64,000 bases of DNA from Thermoproteota archaeon (GTDB lineage Archaea > Korarchaeota > Korarchaeia > Korarchaeales > Korarchaeaceae), in NCBI GenBank assembly GCA_027492205.1, contig JAOZFN010000007.1:187278-251277 (forward strand), written 5' to 3'. Of this stretch, positions 1 through 9,655 are shown piece by piece (positions within the stretch are counted from its first letter, which is position 1; each line of letters opens with the position of its first letter). Position numbers and translations under genes: made by a program. A model generated the notes under the pieces. It saw only the letters and a list, made by a program, of their open reading frames with translations, searched no databases and was not told where the DNA came from.

Positions 1-554
1 TCTCGCTGAAACTCCCTATTCAGCGCGCTCTGAATCCTCTTTGAGCGGAGGTTCGCTGTTCTGGACGCTCTCAGCGACGCCTCGGGTGCGACCCGAAAGT
101 CTGAGATCACGGCGACAACCGCGTCCCTGTCGTCCAAGGCGACGGTCAGGACCTTGGGCGATAGGGTCGACCTCTCTGCCCTGTCCAGGAATTCCAAGAG
201 CGTGTCGCTCCAGGACTCCTTCTGGATCGTGAGCCGCGACCCCGGAGAGATGTCCAGGGAGTGGTGCTTCCCCTGAATCCCCAACCACTCCGGGGCCCTC
301 CTGACCACGCCGAGGACTCGAAGCGAAGCCCCCCTGGGGCCGACCTCAACCTTCTCCACCTCGATCGTCAGCGTAACCGGAACGCGCTCTCCGCTGTCCG
401 CCCTCTGCTGACCCTCGGGCTTGTACCTCCGCGTCGTCCGGGCGGTTATCAGGTCGCCAGGTTTGATTATGAGGGACAGCCAGTAGAGGTCCTCCTGGCC
501 GTCGACCTTCACAGTCACTATGCCCCTTCTTTCGTCCCTCTTCAGTACCCTCAT
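1..554 (-). CDS. pelA: mRNA surveillance protein Pelota (Dom34), N-terminal part; runs off the window start
   Basis: Not in the ORF track. Manual translation from ATG 554 gives MRVLKRDERRGIVTVKVDGQEDLYWLSLIIKPGDLITARTTRR...LRVLGVV...GKHHSLDI, matching the Pelota N-domain pattern (DLy.L..ii..GD.v...T.R; G.hHtl.i). Confidence 0.9.
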   Translation of the reverse strand, partial: MRVLKRDERRGIVTVKVDGQEDLYWLSLIIKPGDLITARTTRRYKPEGQQRADSGERVPVTLTIEVEKVEVGPRGASLRVLGVVRRAPEWLGIQGKHHSLDISPGSRLTIQKESWSDTLLEFLDRAERSTLSPKVLTVALDDRDAVVAVISDFRVAPEASLRASRTANLRSKRIQSALNREFQR

Positions 555-572
555 GCGGATCACGCGTTGGAC

Positions 573-1868
573 CTACTCCAGCGTGTAGACCTTCAACCCA
601 ACGGGTATCCTGCTCAGCTCGTAGGTCCTTCTACCGACTATCACCCTGATCCCAGAGAGGTGCGCCTTGTCCACAATTCGCTGAGTAACGTTCCCATCGT
701 ACACGAGGTACTTCGCTCCGTCAACCGAGTCCAGCTGCTCGTGCAGGTCGCTCACCCTTACCTCCTTCACCTTTTTCATGTCCTCGGACAGGAGGATCGC
801 CCTTCCGCTGGAGATTGCCTCTTTAACCCAGTCTCTGAACTCCTTGGGGATCCGCTTCTCCCACAGCTCCTCAACCGGAGGAGGTCCGGCGTGCTTCGTC
901 ACGGCGGATCCCGCCTGAGGTTGTTGAATCTCCGCGGGAGCCTGAGGCGGGGGTGGCCTACTCACGGGCTTGGGGATCCCCATCCTCTCCCGCTCTTCGG
1001 ACGCTGGAACTGCAGACTCAAGCGCCTTCCTGATCTCCTTGGCCGTGAGGTCTTGCACGCCCTTGCCAGGGGGGGCCCTAGCGACGTAGTCCACATCCGT
1101 CTGCTCCAAGAGGGCCCTGAGAACCATCTCCCCTCCGCGATCCCCGTCAACGAAGGCTATGGCGTCCTTCTGGGCTATCAGCTTCACCACCGTGTCGGGG
1201 ACCCTCTCGACGGCCCCGCCGACCGATATGACGTTGGTCCAGCCGTACCTCAGCATGTTTACGACGTCCGCCCGGCCCTCCACGACTATCAGCTCCTCGG
1301 ACTCGTCCACCCCAGGGCCGGCTGGGAGCCTTTCTGGGCCGTAAAAGACCACCTCTTCGCGGGAGGCCTCCCTCAGGATCTTGTCAAGCAAGTCCTTGGA
1401 CGACTCCGCTGCCTGGCTCCTCCACTCCTTGAGTATCTCCACGGCCCTCTTAGCAATAAATCTCCTCTTCTCCTCACGTTCATCTGTAATTTTTCTCAAT
1501 TTGACCTTTGCAGTATAAGGTCCAACACGATCAACGCTCTCCATGGCGGCGGCGATAATGGCCGTCCGGGCCTTGTCTAGGCTGCAGCCGACCTGAATGA
1601 CGCCCCTTGTCTTGGCGCCCTCGTTCTTGAGGTGAACCTTTATCCTGCCTATCTTTCCTGTCCTCTGGAGCTCTCTCAGCTCTAGCTCGGGCCCTATAAG
1701 ACCCTCAAGCTGACCGAACAGCGCCCCTATAACGTCGCTGTCGTCCACATGACCGTTAACGACTATGTCGAGGTGGATCAGGTACTTGGGGTGGTGCTCT
1801 GCGTCCCTGTTCCTGTTCCCAGGGGGCCTCGACTCGAACCCAGGGGAATTCCTCAAGTCAAACATCAC
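573..1868 (-). CDS. dnaG: Archaeal DnaG (TOPRIM primase-like, exosome-associated)
   Basis: DVIGALFGQLEGL...ELRELQRTGKIGRI; TOPRIM IVVEGRADV and FVDGDRGG motifs. Confidence 0.96.
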   Translation of the reverse strand: MMFDLRNSPGFESRPPGNRNRDAEHHPKYLIHLDIVVNGHVDDSDVIGALFGQLEGLIGPELELRELQRTGKIGRIKVHLKNEGAKTRGVIQVGCSLDKARTAIIAAAMESVDRVGPYTAKVKLRKITDEREEKRRFIAKRAVEILKEWRSQAAESSKDLLDKILREASREEVVFYGPERLPAGPGVDESEELIVVEGRADVVNMLRYGWTNVISVGGAVERVPDTVVKLIAQKDAIAFVDGDRGGEMVLRALLEQTDVDYVARAPPGKGVQDLTAKEIRKALESAVPASEERERMGIPKPVSRPPPPQAPAEIQQPQAGSAVTKHAGPPPVEELWEKRIPKEFRDWVKEAISSGRAILLSEDMKKVKEVRVSDLHEQLDSVDGAKYLVYDGNVTQRIVDKAHLSGIRVIVGRRTYELSRIPVGLKVYTLE

Positions 1869-1991
1869 CTCTCCTCAAGCGGGTATTGAGCCTGGAACGG
1901 CGCCCAGACTCCTCCAACCACCCAATCAATTGCGATTGATCATCAAACTCGACCGATAACACTCCCTTCAACACCCGGTCTGAGAGGGGGT

Positions 1992-2074
1992 TGTGCGCCT
2001 GCCAACTAATCCCGCGGGCTCACCGGTCGGCCCACGCCGTCCTCCCTCGCCCGGGGTCATGCAGTGGCAGGCGC
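1992..2074 (-). ncRNA. Candidate structured RNA (H/ACA-like guide or dnaG 5' leader)
   Basis: Perfect 10-bp stem GCGCCTGCCA/TGGCAGGCGC (1995-2004/2065-2074) followed directly by ACA on the minus strand; internal loop and upper stem; TATA-like TTAAATTT about 25 nt upstream. Confidence 0.45.
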
Positions 2075-2102
2075 CATGCCTATTCTCTCAGGGACCCCAA
2101 AT

Positions 2103-3182
2103 TTAACGGTTCCTGAACACGAGCGCGTCGGCAAGCTCTGAGAGGAGCTGTAAGAACTCTGGGTCTGCAGCTCCCTCAAGGGATTTCAAGGCAGCCTTAG
2201 ACTCCTCCAAGAGTTCTATTGCCTTCGAGCGTGCATAGTCGAGCGAGCCAGTCTTTCTCACCACGTTCCTGACGAAGTCTACATCTTCGTCGCCTGCAGA
2301 CGGGTTGCCCAAGATGCTCAGCATCCTATCCCTCTCCTGAGGAGAGCAGCGCTCTAAAGCCCGTATTATTAGGATGGTACGCTTTCCCTCCTTCACGTCC
2401 GAGTCCGCTGGCTTGCCCGTAACCTTTGGGTCTCCGAACAGCCCCAGAATGTCGTCCACTATCTGGAACGCCACCCCCACCTTGTGCCCGTAATCGTCAA
2501 GGTGTCTGAGGAGCGAGTCCGGCGCGCCGGCTAGAATGGCTCCCATCTTAAGGGAGGCCGCGAAGAGGGCGCCTGTCTTGAGAGAGAGCATCCTGAGCAC
2601 CGCCTGCTCATCTGGCACCTCCTCGCTGCAGCTCAGGTAGAGGTCCAGCAGCTGACCCTCAATCAGCCTCCTGTAGGCCTCGACATACTCGACGGCCGCG
2701 GCGTTGGCCCTGCCAAATGGAAATCCGGACTTAAGGAGGGTCTCAATCCCCAGCCCCAGCAGGCTGTCGCCTCCGAGGATACCGATCGAGATCCCAATGT
2801 TGGATGGAGCTCTCTCCACCCCCAGCGATGCGAACCAGTCGCGCCCAAGGACGTGAAAGGCCGGCCCACCCCTCCTCGTCAGGCTCTCATCCATGATGTC
2901 GTCGTGGATCAGAGAAGACGCGTGGAGGAGCTCGACGGATATGGCCGCCCGGTAGATGCCCTCGTGGTCCCCTCCGAATCCCCTGTACGCCGCCACCACC
3001 GACAGGGGCCTTAACCTCTTTCCTCCCCTCAAGAGGTACTCTGTGAGCTTTTCGTAGTAGTCTGAGGTCTCACGGGACGGAGATTCAGCGCTAATCTCCT
3101 GCATGAACCTTGAAATCTCCTCGTTAATGCGGCCCTTGTTCTCCGAGATGAAAGCCTCGAGTATTCCGGTCATCTCACCCAC
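2103..3182 (-). CDS. idsA: Geranylgeranyl diphosphate / polyprenyl diphosphate synthase
   Basis: GGKRLRP, first Asp-rich motif LIHDDIMD..RRG, KTG, second motif FQIVDDILG, EGKRT. Confidence 0.93.
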   Translation of the reverse strand: MGEMTGILEAFISENKGRINEEISRFMQEISAESPSRETSDYYEKLTEYLLRGGKRLRPLSVVAAYRGFGGDHEGIYRAAISVELLHASSLIHDDIMDESLTRRGGPAFHVLGRDWFASLGVERAPSNIGISIGILGGDSLLGLGIETLLKSGFPFGRANAAAVEYVEAYRRLIEGQLLDLYLSCSEEVPDEQAVLRMLSLKTGALFAASLKMGAILAGAPDSLLRHLDDYGHKVGVAFQIVDDILGLFGDPKVTGKPADSDVKEGKRTILIIRALERCSPQERDRMLSILGNPSAGDEDVDFVRNVVRKTGSLDYARSKAIELLEESKAALKSLEGAADPEFLQLLSELADALVFRNR

Positions 3183-3212
3183 ACCGTCTCGCCAACGCCT
3201 ATCGAAAACCAG

Positions 3213-3221
3213 TTTTTAAAA
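3213..3221. promoter_or_regulatory. TATA-like box between the divergent GGPP synthase and trpS genes
   Basis: TTTTTAAAA in a GC-rich background between divergent starts. Confidence 0.55.
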
Positions 3222-3267
3222 CGCAACCGACGGGCTCGGGAGGTGACCTCGCCTGCCGCCAAATGAA

Positions 3268-4389
3268 TTGGATCCTTGGTCCAGCGACCTAATTCAAGAC
3301 TACAAAAGACTAGTGGAGCAATTCGGTCTATCCGAGATTAGAGACGATCACTTAGAGTTCTTCGGGGACGCGCCCTTCTTCCGCCGCAGGATAATCTTCG
3401 CACACCGCGACTTGGATGTGATAGCCGAGGCCATCAGGACCGGGAAGGAGTATGCGGTCCTGACTGGGATAAAGCCCACGGGGGAGTACCACCTTGGAAC
3501 GTTTCAGACCGTGAAGGAGTTCGTGTACTTCCAAAGGAAGTCGAGAAGCGCCGTAGCCTTGTTCTCGATAGCCGACGTAGAGGCGTGGGAGGACAACGGG
3601 CAGGACTTTGACGTCAGCAGGAAGGTGGCCGTCAGCAACGTGGCCGACCTCCTGGCAGCGGGCCTGGACCCCGAGAGGTCCTACATCTACTTTCAGAGCA
3701 AGGAGATCAGGGTACACGAGATAGCGGCCCTGGCCGCTAGAGGGATCACCCTGGCGACGATGAAGGCGGTGTACGGCGAGAGGCACATGGGGCTATATCT
3801 GTCGGCCCTGGTCCAGATAGGGGACATCCTCCTCCCCCAGCATCCCGACTTGGGTGGGCCTAAGCCCACAATAGTGCCCGTCGGCGTGGACCAGGACCCC
3901 CACCTCCGCCTAACGAGGGATGTCACCGCCAAGCTGAGGTCAAAGTGGGGTTTCATGGAGCCCTCCTCCACGTACCACCTGATCATCAGGAGCCTGCTGG
4001 GCGACAAGAAGATGTCCAAGCGTGACCCCATGAGCTACATAAGCCTGAGAGACGACGAGGACCTGGTTCGCAGGAAGATTCTGAACGCGTTCACGGGAGG
4101 TCGGGAGACGGCGAAGCTCCAGCGGGAGCTCGGCGGAGAGCCTTGGCGGTGCGTGGTGTATGAGATAGCTAAGTTCCACCTCTTCCCAGAGGGGGACCCT
4201 GAGCTTGAGAGGATCTACAGAGAGTGTGTTAACGGGGAGCGGCTCTGCGGCGAGTGTAAGGCACAGATAACTGAAGAGCTGCTCAGAGAAATGCGTGAGC
4301 ACGAGAAGAGAAGGGCGGAGGTTCTCCCACTCGCCAAAAAGATCGTTGAGAGGGCGTCCAGGCGCCAACCTTTATATAGCCTGGCCTGA
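3268..4389 (+). CDS. trpS: Tryptophan--tRNA ligase
   Basis: TGIKPTGEYHLG (HIGH-like), VPVGVDQDPHLRLTRD, KMSK, AFTGGR, CGECK. Confidence 0.95.
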   Translation: MDPWSSDLIQDYKRLVEQFGLSEIRDDHLEFFGDAPFFRRRIIFAHRDLDVIAEAIRTGKEYAVLTGIKPTGEYHLGTFQTVKEFVYFQRKSRSAVALFSIADVEAWEDNGQDFDVSRKVAVSNVADLLAAGLDPERSYIYFQSKEIRVHEIAALAARGITLATMKAVYGERHMGLYLSALVQIGDILLPQHPDLGGPKPTIVPVGVDQDPHLRLTRDVTAKLRSKWGFMEPSSTYHLIIRSLLGDKKMSKRDPMSYISLRDDEDLVRRKILNAFTGGRETAKLQRELGGEPWRCVVYEIAKFHLFPEGDPELERIYRECVNGERLCGECKAQITEELLREMREHEKRRAEVLPLAKKIVERASRRQPLYSLA

Positions 4390-4409
4390 TGGGCTCGCGG
4401 AGAGGGCCC

Positions 4410-4613
4410 ATGGGAACAGTCAGGGAGAAGGCCATAAAGAGAATGGCCTACAAGCTCGTCAAGCAGTATCCCGAGCTCTGGACCACGGACTTTGAGCACA
4501 ACAAGAGGATCCTTCAGAGGATAGCTGACGTGCGGTCCAAGGTGTACAGAAACCGGGTGGCCGGCTACATAACCAGACTCAAGAAGAGGGAGCTTCAGGG
4601 AACCCTAGTCTGA
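4410..4613 (+). CDS. rps17e: 30S ribosomal protein S17e
   Basis: MGTVR...IKR...TTDFEHNK...SKVYRNRVAGYITR; start moved to ATG 4410. Confidence 0.95.
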   Translation: MGTVREKAIKRMAYKLVKQYPELWTTDFEHNKRILQRIADVRSKVYRNRVAGYITRLKKRELQGTLV

Positions 4614-4659
4614 TTCCACTCCTCTCCCGGCTGGATTCCCTCCCTTTCAACCGTTTCGC

Positions 4660-6111
4660 TTGTCAGGGTTATTATCCGACTTCACCCGGCTTCTCGGGAT
4701 GGATTTGGAGGAGTTCAGCGGATCGCCCTTTGATAGCCTGCTGACGAAGATCCAACGAAGGGCGGCCAGGGTCGCCGTGCTGGGGCAGGGACACATCGGG
4801 CTGCCAATATCCCTGTTGTTGGCCATATCGGGCTTTGAGGTGGTCGGCTACGACGTGAACGAGAGGCTCGTGGAGAGCCTGAACTCGGGGACCACCCCCT
4901 ACCCCGGCGAGCCCGACCTCCCCGAACTCCTCCGACAGGGACTCAGTTCTGGGAATTACAGGCCCACGGCCGACCCCGACGATATATCCGGGGCTGATGC
5001 CTTCATAATCGCCGTTCCGACCCCCAGAATTAACGGGGGGGAGCCAAACCTCGCGTACCTGCTCGATGCCGTCGAGACCGTAAAGAGGTCAATCAAGGGA
5101 GACGCCGTTGTGATCGTGGAGAGCACGGTCCCCCCGGGTACCACGTCGGGTATCGTGGCCACGTCCCTTCTCAGAGAAATTCCCCACCGAGTGTTCATAG
5201 CCCACTGCCCGGAGAGGGCCATGCCCGGCCAGCTAATCAGAGAACTCACAGAGGCGAGCAGGATTATCGGGGGAATCGATGAGGAGTCTGCGCTGCTGGC
5301 CAAGGAACTCTACAGCTCATTCAGCCGGGGCGAGATAATCACCACTGACGCGACAACGTCCGAGGTTGTGAAGCTCGTGGAGAACACGTACAGGGACGTG
5401 AACATCGCCCTGGCGAATGAAGTCGCCAGGATATGCTCGGTGTTGAGGGTCAGCGCTAGAGAGGTCATAGAACTCGCTAATCTCCATCCGAGAGTCAACC
5501 TGTTGAGGCCCGGGATAGGGGCCGGCGGGAGCTGCCTCACGAAGGATCCCCTCTTCCTGGCCAACGCCTCGACCGAGAGGGGATACCCTCCGGAACTCGT
5601 CATCTGCGCGAGGAAGTTGAATGAAGATATGCCGAGGGTCGCGGCCAGGCAGATAATGTCCTTCTTGGAAGAGACGGGTGGCGTTGAGGGGGCCGTCGTG
5701 GCCATCTTGGGCACGGCATATAAGGGCGGGGTGGGGGACGCAAGAGAAAGTCCTGTAAAGGATCTAGTCTCCGTTCTTAAGTCAGCAGGAGTCCGTGTCC
5801 GAGCCTACGACCCCAGATGTGAGGAGTATTTCGGGGCTGAGGTTGCCGGAAGCCCTTATGAGGCTGCAGAGGGCGCCAGGTGCATCGTTCTGGCCACGGA
5901 CCACCCCGAGTTCAAGTCTCTAGATCTCGCCAGACTGAGGGCGGCTTGCGCAGAAGGGGGACCAGTACTTCTGTACGACGGGAGGCTCATGTTCGAGAGA
6001 AAGAGGGTAGAAGAGGTCGGATTCGTGTACTCCGGGGTCGGGGAACCCCTGCTCAGGCCTTCCGAGCTACTTGAAGCAAGAGTTGGAACGCGTCGAGGAT
6101 CTTTGGCCTGA
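4660..6111 (+). CDS. wecC: UDP-N-acetyl-D-mannosamine dehydrogenase (nucleotide-sugar dehydrogenase)
   Basis: GQGHIGLP Rossmann, IAVPTP, ESTVPPGTT, HCPER, KLVENTYRDVNIALANE, GAGGSCLTKDP. Confidence 0.85.
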   Translation: MSGLLSDFTRLLGMDLEEFSGSPFDSLLTKIQRRAARVAVLGQGHIGLPISLLLAISGFEVVGYDVNERLVESLNSGTTPYPGEPDLPELLRQGLSSGNYRPTADPDDISGADAFIIAVPTPRINGGEPNLAYLLDAVETVKRSIKGDAVVIVESTVPPGTTSGIVATSLLREIPHRVFIAHCPERAMPGQLIRELTEASRIIGGIDEESALLAKELYSSFSRGEIITTDATTSEVVKLVENTYRDVNIALANEVARICSVLRVSAREVIELANLHPRVNLLRPGIGAGGSCLTKDPLFLANASTERGYPPELVICARKLNEDMPRVAARQIMSFLEETGGVEGAVVAILGTAYKGGVGDARESPVKDLVSVLKSAGVRVRAYDPRCEEYFGAEVAGSPYEAAEGARCIVLATDHPEFKSLDLARLRAACAEGGPVLLYDGRLMFERKRVEEVGFVYSGVGEPLLRPSELLEARVGTRRGSLA

Positions 6112-7141
6112 CCTTAGCCCCCCTCAATGCGGCCTTGACGGCTGAGTACGCGGCCGGGTGGACGAAAGCAACGTAGGTCAGGCCCTCCTCCTCCGCCTGG
6201 GATGCTATTCCCCTTCCAAGACGCTCGATAACGTCCGGTCTCGCGTTGTAAGTCACCAAATATCCGCAGGAGGCGCAGATTTTCGAGTAGACCACGGGGA
6301 CGTTGGCCTCCGATAGGATCTGGAGCATGGCCTCGTTGGCACCTTCGTGCCAGCAGTCTGGCACTAGAAGCACCCCTCTTGAGAATTTCTTTGAGGCCAT
6401 CTTCTCATCCACGACATTCGCATCGAAAAGGGATTCGTGAAGGGTCTTTGCACTTAAGCCGGCCTCAGAGAGTCTAGAAGCCGCTTCAGGGCAGGCGGTA
6501 ACGATTCTTTCGACTCCCCGCTCCCTAAGAATTTCCGCCAGAGACTCCAGCTCCTCTCTAGCCTCATCGAAGTATCCCGCCAGCCTTAGAACCTCCCCGC
6601 AGGATGGGCGAGAGTCGGCCAGTGGGGGTACGCTCAGCCATCTCATCGCCAGTTCGGATGCAGCGACGGCCGCTTCGGGAGAATTCAGGACCCAGCGGCC
6701 CAGGTAAAGGATCGATGATCCGCCCTCCTCTGGTGGACTCCACGCCCCCTCTTGTGCTGCAGGTTCAAATAGGGGCAGGTTCGTCCTAATTTTTCTGGGA
6801 AGGGCGGCGACCTCCAGTGGAGGAACATATCCTAGGTCTATCAGCTCCTTCCTGGTCCTAAGTATGAGTTCAGAGGGCCTGACGTCGTAGGGGCAGGGTG
6901 GATCGCATCTCCCGCAGAGAACAGATATGTACATGTGCTCGATCTTGTCGATGAAGACGGGGATGTCTCTGAGGGCCAACATTGAGGCCAGGTTGACCCA
7001 ACCCCTCGGTGAGTACGCCTCGTTAAACTGTAGGGTTCTGTGAACTGGACAGCGGAGGTTGCATTCGCCACACCTAAGGCAGAATTGGAGCCCCCTAGTG
7101 AGGTCTTCGCTGAATAGTGGCTCCTTTTCCTCCGACGACAT
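6053..7141 (-). CDS. (Fe-S)-binding protein, GlcF/HdrD-like (ferredoxin plus CCG-like domains, degenerate)
   Basis: CLRCGECNLRCP, SPRG, LCGRCDPPCP, IVTACP; lies directly downstream of an FAD oxidoreductase. Confidence 0.75.
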   Translation of the reverse strand: MSSEEKEPLFSEDLTRGLQFCLRCGECNLRCPVHRTLQFNEAYSPRGWVNLASMLALRDIPVFIDKIEHMYISVLCGRCDPPCPYDVRPSELILRTRKELIDLGYVPPLEVAALPRKIRTNLPLFEPAAQEGAWSPPEEGGSSILYLGRWVLNSPEAAVAASELAMRWLSVPPLADSRPSCGEVLRLAGYFDEAREELESLAEILRERGVERIVTACPEAASRLSEAGLSAKTLHESLFDANVVDEKMASKKFSRGVLLVPDCWHEGANEAMLQILSEANVPVVYSKICASCGYLVTYNARPDVIERLGRGIASQAEEEGLTYVAFVHPAAYSAVKAALRGAKVRPKILDAFQLLLQVARKA

Positions 7142-7146
7142 GCCCC

Positions 7147-8499
7147 TTATCCCCCTCTAGCAGGCACGATCTTGCCCGGATTCAGGATCCACGCTGGATC
7201 AAAGACCTTCTTGAGCAGAGCGAAGGCGGCCGCCGCCTCCGGCCTGTGCTTGGCGAAGGCATGGGCCATGGTGCGCCCTATCCCGGTTCCAAATCCCAGA
7301 ACTCCCCCGTTACCGGCAAACAGCTCGGCCGCGCTCTGAGAAGCTGATACCGCCCTCCCTACAAGTTTGTCGTCTAGGGGATCGAAGAGGAATCCCACGG
7401 TCACCCATCCGAGAGGCACTGAGGATACGGTCAGCGTAGAGACCCTGTACCTTGAGGCGGTTCTGTCTATCTCGGGGATGATGTCGCGGAGCGTGGATCT
7501 GGGGAGCGCCGCGCTCACGAATATCGCAGCCTGCTTGGCTTGCTTGATCGCCCTTATGATCGGCTCGTTTCTGTCCGGCAGCTGCCCATCAAGCACATCG
7601 TGGCTTAACGGTTTGAACTCCTCAAGCACCTCTCGCAGGATCTTTGAGTTGGATTCTATGCACTCGGGGGTCCCCGTGAAGGTGATCAGGGCTCTAGCGC
7701 CCTTCTCCTGCTCTCCCTCCGCGACCTCCAAGACATCCCTATGAAACACGTCCATGGCGGCTGGCCTCACTCCCCTCGCAGTTAACTCTGAGAGTAGCGC
7801 CAGGGCGTCGAGTGAATCGAGTAGATCGAGCGAGTGTGTCACCACCTGAGGCCGCCTCGCCAACCTGATGGTCACCCGGGTTATGACGGCCAGGGTGCCC
7901 TCCGAACCCAGGATGGAGTCCATCAAGAACCTAGGTCCTCCGGCCTGGTAGCCCCTGAGGTCGATCCACTGGCCAGCAGGCGTCACCGCCCTTAAGCCTA
8001 CGACGAAATTCCTCATGGTCCCGTAGCTCACAGACAGGCTCGATGCGGCGTCCGTGGCCGCGAGTCCCCCTATCGTCGCGCTGCCACCACCAGCTAGTCC
8101 AATAGGGAGAAAGAAATCGCCCCCGAGCTTTTCCTCAAGCTCCTTAACCCTGAGGCCTGGGCCAGCCTCGACCGTTCCCTCCTCTTCGTCTAGTTCGAAC
8201 GCCTCATTCAAGCCCGTGAGATCCAGAACCACGCCACCCTCAACCGGAATGGGTCCCCCAACCAGGGAAGTGGCCGCCCCTCGTGGGGTCACGAAGAACT
8301 CATGCTCCGTCGCCGCCTGCAGAACCTCTCCGACCTCCTCCTCCGACGTGGGACGGACGACGGCATCCGGCATCTGCCTGACGTTAGAAGCGTCGAAGGA
8401 GAAGGTGGCAAGCGAGATCTCGTCTGACAGTATCCTATCGTCACCCAGAATCTTACCCAGTATCTTCACGAGGTCTTCTGGCATCTTGCAGTCTGTCAA
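7147..8499 (-). CDS. FAD-binding oxidoreductase, GlcD/D-lactate dehydrogenase-like
   Basis: PDAVVRP, RGAATSLVGG, ATIGG, GSEGTLAVIT, FDPAWILNPGK. Confidence 0.85.
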   Translation of the reverse strand: MTDCKMPEDLVKILGKILGDDRILSDEISLATFSFDASNVRQMPDAVVRPTSEEEVGEVLQAATEHEFFVTPRGAATSLVGGPIPVEGGVVLDLTGLNEAFELDEEEGTVEAGPGLRVKELEEKLGGDFFLPIGLAGGGSATIGGLAATDAASSLSVSYGTMRNFVVGLRAVTPAGQWIDLRGYQAGGPRFLMDSILGSEGTLAVITRVTIRLARRPQVVTHSLDLLDSLDALALLSELTARGVRPAAMDVFHRDVLEVAEGEQEKGARALITFTGTPECIESNSKILREVLEEFKPLSHDVLDGQLPDRNEPIIRAIKQAKQAAIFVSAALPRSTLRDIIPEIDRTASRYRVSTLTVSSVPLGWVTVGFLFDPLDDKLVGRAVSASQSAAELFAGNGGVLGFGTGIGRTMAHAFAKHRPEAAAAFALLKKVFDPAWILNPGKIVPARGG

Positions 8500-8545
8500 A
8501 GTCTCCGGAGAAATGGTTTAAGATTTCGCGCTCAACCCCAACGCG

Positions 8546-9649
8546 ATGCCATACGAGAGTCCTCTACTGGAAGCGCATGAGCAATTGGGGGCTGATTTTA
8601 CGTTATTTGCCGGGTGGAAAATGCCCCTGAGATACACAAGCGCCATCAAGGAAACCCTCGCTGTTAGAAACTCTGCTGGGATTTTCGACGTCTCCCACAT
8701 GGGACGACTGAGGATCAGAGGACCGGATGCGGCGAGGTTCCTGAACTACGCCACGTCAAATCAGGTCGACGCGGAAGTCGGCAGGAGCAGGTATACCCTG
8801 ACGCTCAACCCGCGGGGTGGGATCAAGGACGACGACATGACCTTCCGTCTGGGGCCTGAGGAGTACATCGTCGTGGTGAATGCAGCCAGTAGAGAAAAGA
8901 TTGTCTCCTGGTTTGAGACGATAGCCTCAGAGCGGGAGTTTAATGTGAGCATAACCGATGAGACGTTTGAATCCGCGATGCTGGCGGTCCAAGGCCCGCT
9001 GGCCAGGGAGCGAGTTCACGAAGTGATTGGAAGGCCCGTCAAGATGAAGAAGTTCAGGAACGCGCTAATCCAGGCGTACGGGAACCAAGTGCTCATCAGC
9101 CGGACGGGATATACCGGCGAAGACGGGTACGAGGTGATATTTTGGGACGCCTCAGCCGCATCTCGATTCCTGAGGGACCTCGTCGAGGCCGGGGTAACTC
9201 CCTGCGGCTTGGGCGCTAGGGACATACTCAGGCTTGAGGCCGGCCTCCCACTGTACGGAGCCGATATGACCGAGGACACCACGCCCGTGGAGGCAGACCT
9301 AATGTTCGCGGTGAGCATGGAGAAGGGAGAGTTCATCGGGAAGCAGGCTGTGGATGAGATCCTTCAGACGGGGCCCGCGGAAAGGAGAGTTGGACTGAAG
9401 AGCTCCTCGCGAAGGGCGCCGAGGCATGGAGACAGGCTCGTCAAAGACGGTGAGGTCGTGGGCCGGGTCACGAGCGGCGTGTACAGCCCCACCGTGGGAG
9501 TCGGCGTGGCAATGGGATACGTGAGATCGGACCTAGCGAGTCCCGGCGTTTATCTATTGGCGGAGGGCGTTGGAAAAATAGAGGTGCAGGTTGTGGACAT
9601 GCCTTTCTACGACACGACGAGATATGGGTGGAGGAGGAAAAGAGAGTAG
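8546..9649 (+). CDS. gcvT: Glycine cleavage system aminomethyltransferase T
   Basis: FAGWKMPLRY, FDVSHMG, AVQGP, SRTGYTGEDGYE, GLGARDILRLEAG. Confidence 0.96.
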   Translation: MPYESPLLEAHEQLGADFTLFAGWKMPLRYTSAIKETLAVRNSAGIFDVSHMGRLRIRGPDAARFLNYATSNQVDAEVGRSRYTLTLNPRGGIKDDDMTFRLGPEEYIVVVNAASREKIVSWFETIASEREFNVSITDETFESAMLAVQGPLARERVHEVIGRPVKMKKFRNALIQAYGNQVLISRTGYTGEDGYEVIFWDASAASRFLRDLVEAGVTPCGLGARDILRLEAGLPLYGADMTEDTTPVEADLMFAVSMEKGEFIGKQAVDEILQTGPAERRVGLKSSSRRAPRHGDRLVKDGEVVGRVTSGVYSPTVGVGVAMGYVRSDLASPGVYLLAEGVGKIEVQVVDMPFYDTTRYGWRRKRE

Positions 9650-9655
9650 CAGGGG

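Noticed and set aside
261-1580. 439-aa plus-strand ORF, and the many similar long antisense or alternate-frame ORFs (e.g. 45614..46570, 28910..29608, 49123..49806)
   Set aside because: Shadow frames of well-supported genes in high-GC DNA; no motifs and biased composition
1900-1950. Box C/D sRNA (TTGATGA on the minus strand upstream of dnaG)
   Set aside because: No convincing CTGA D box or C'/D' spacing
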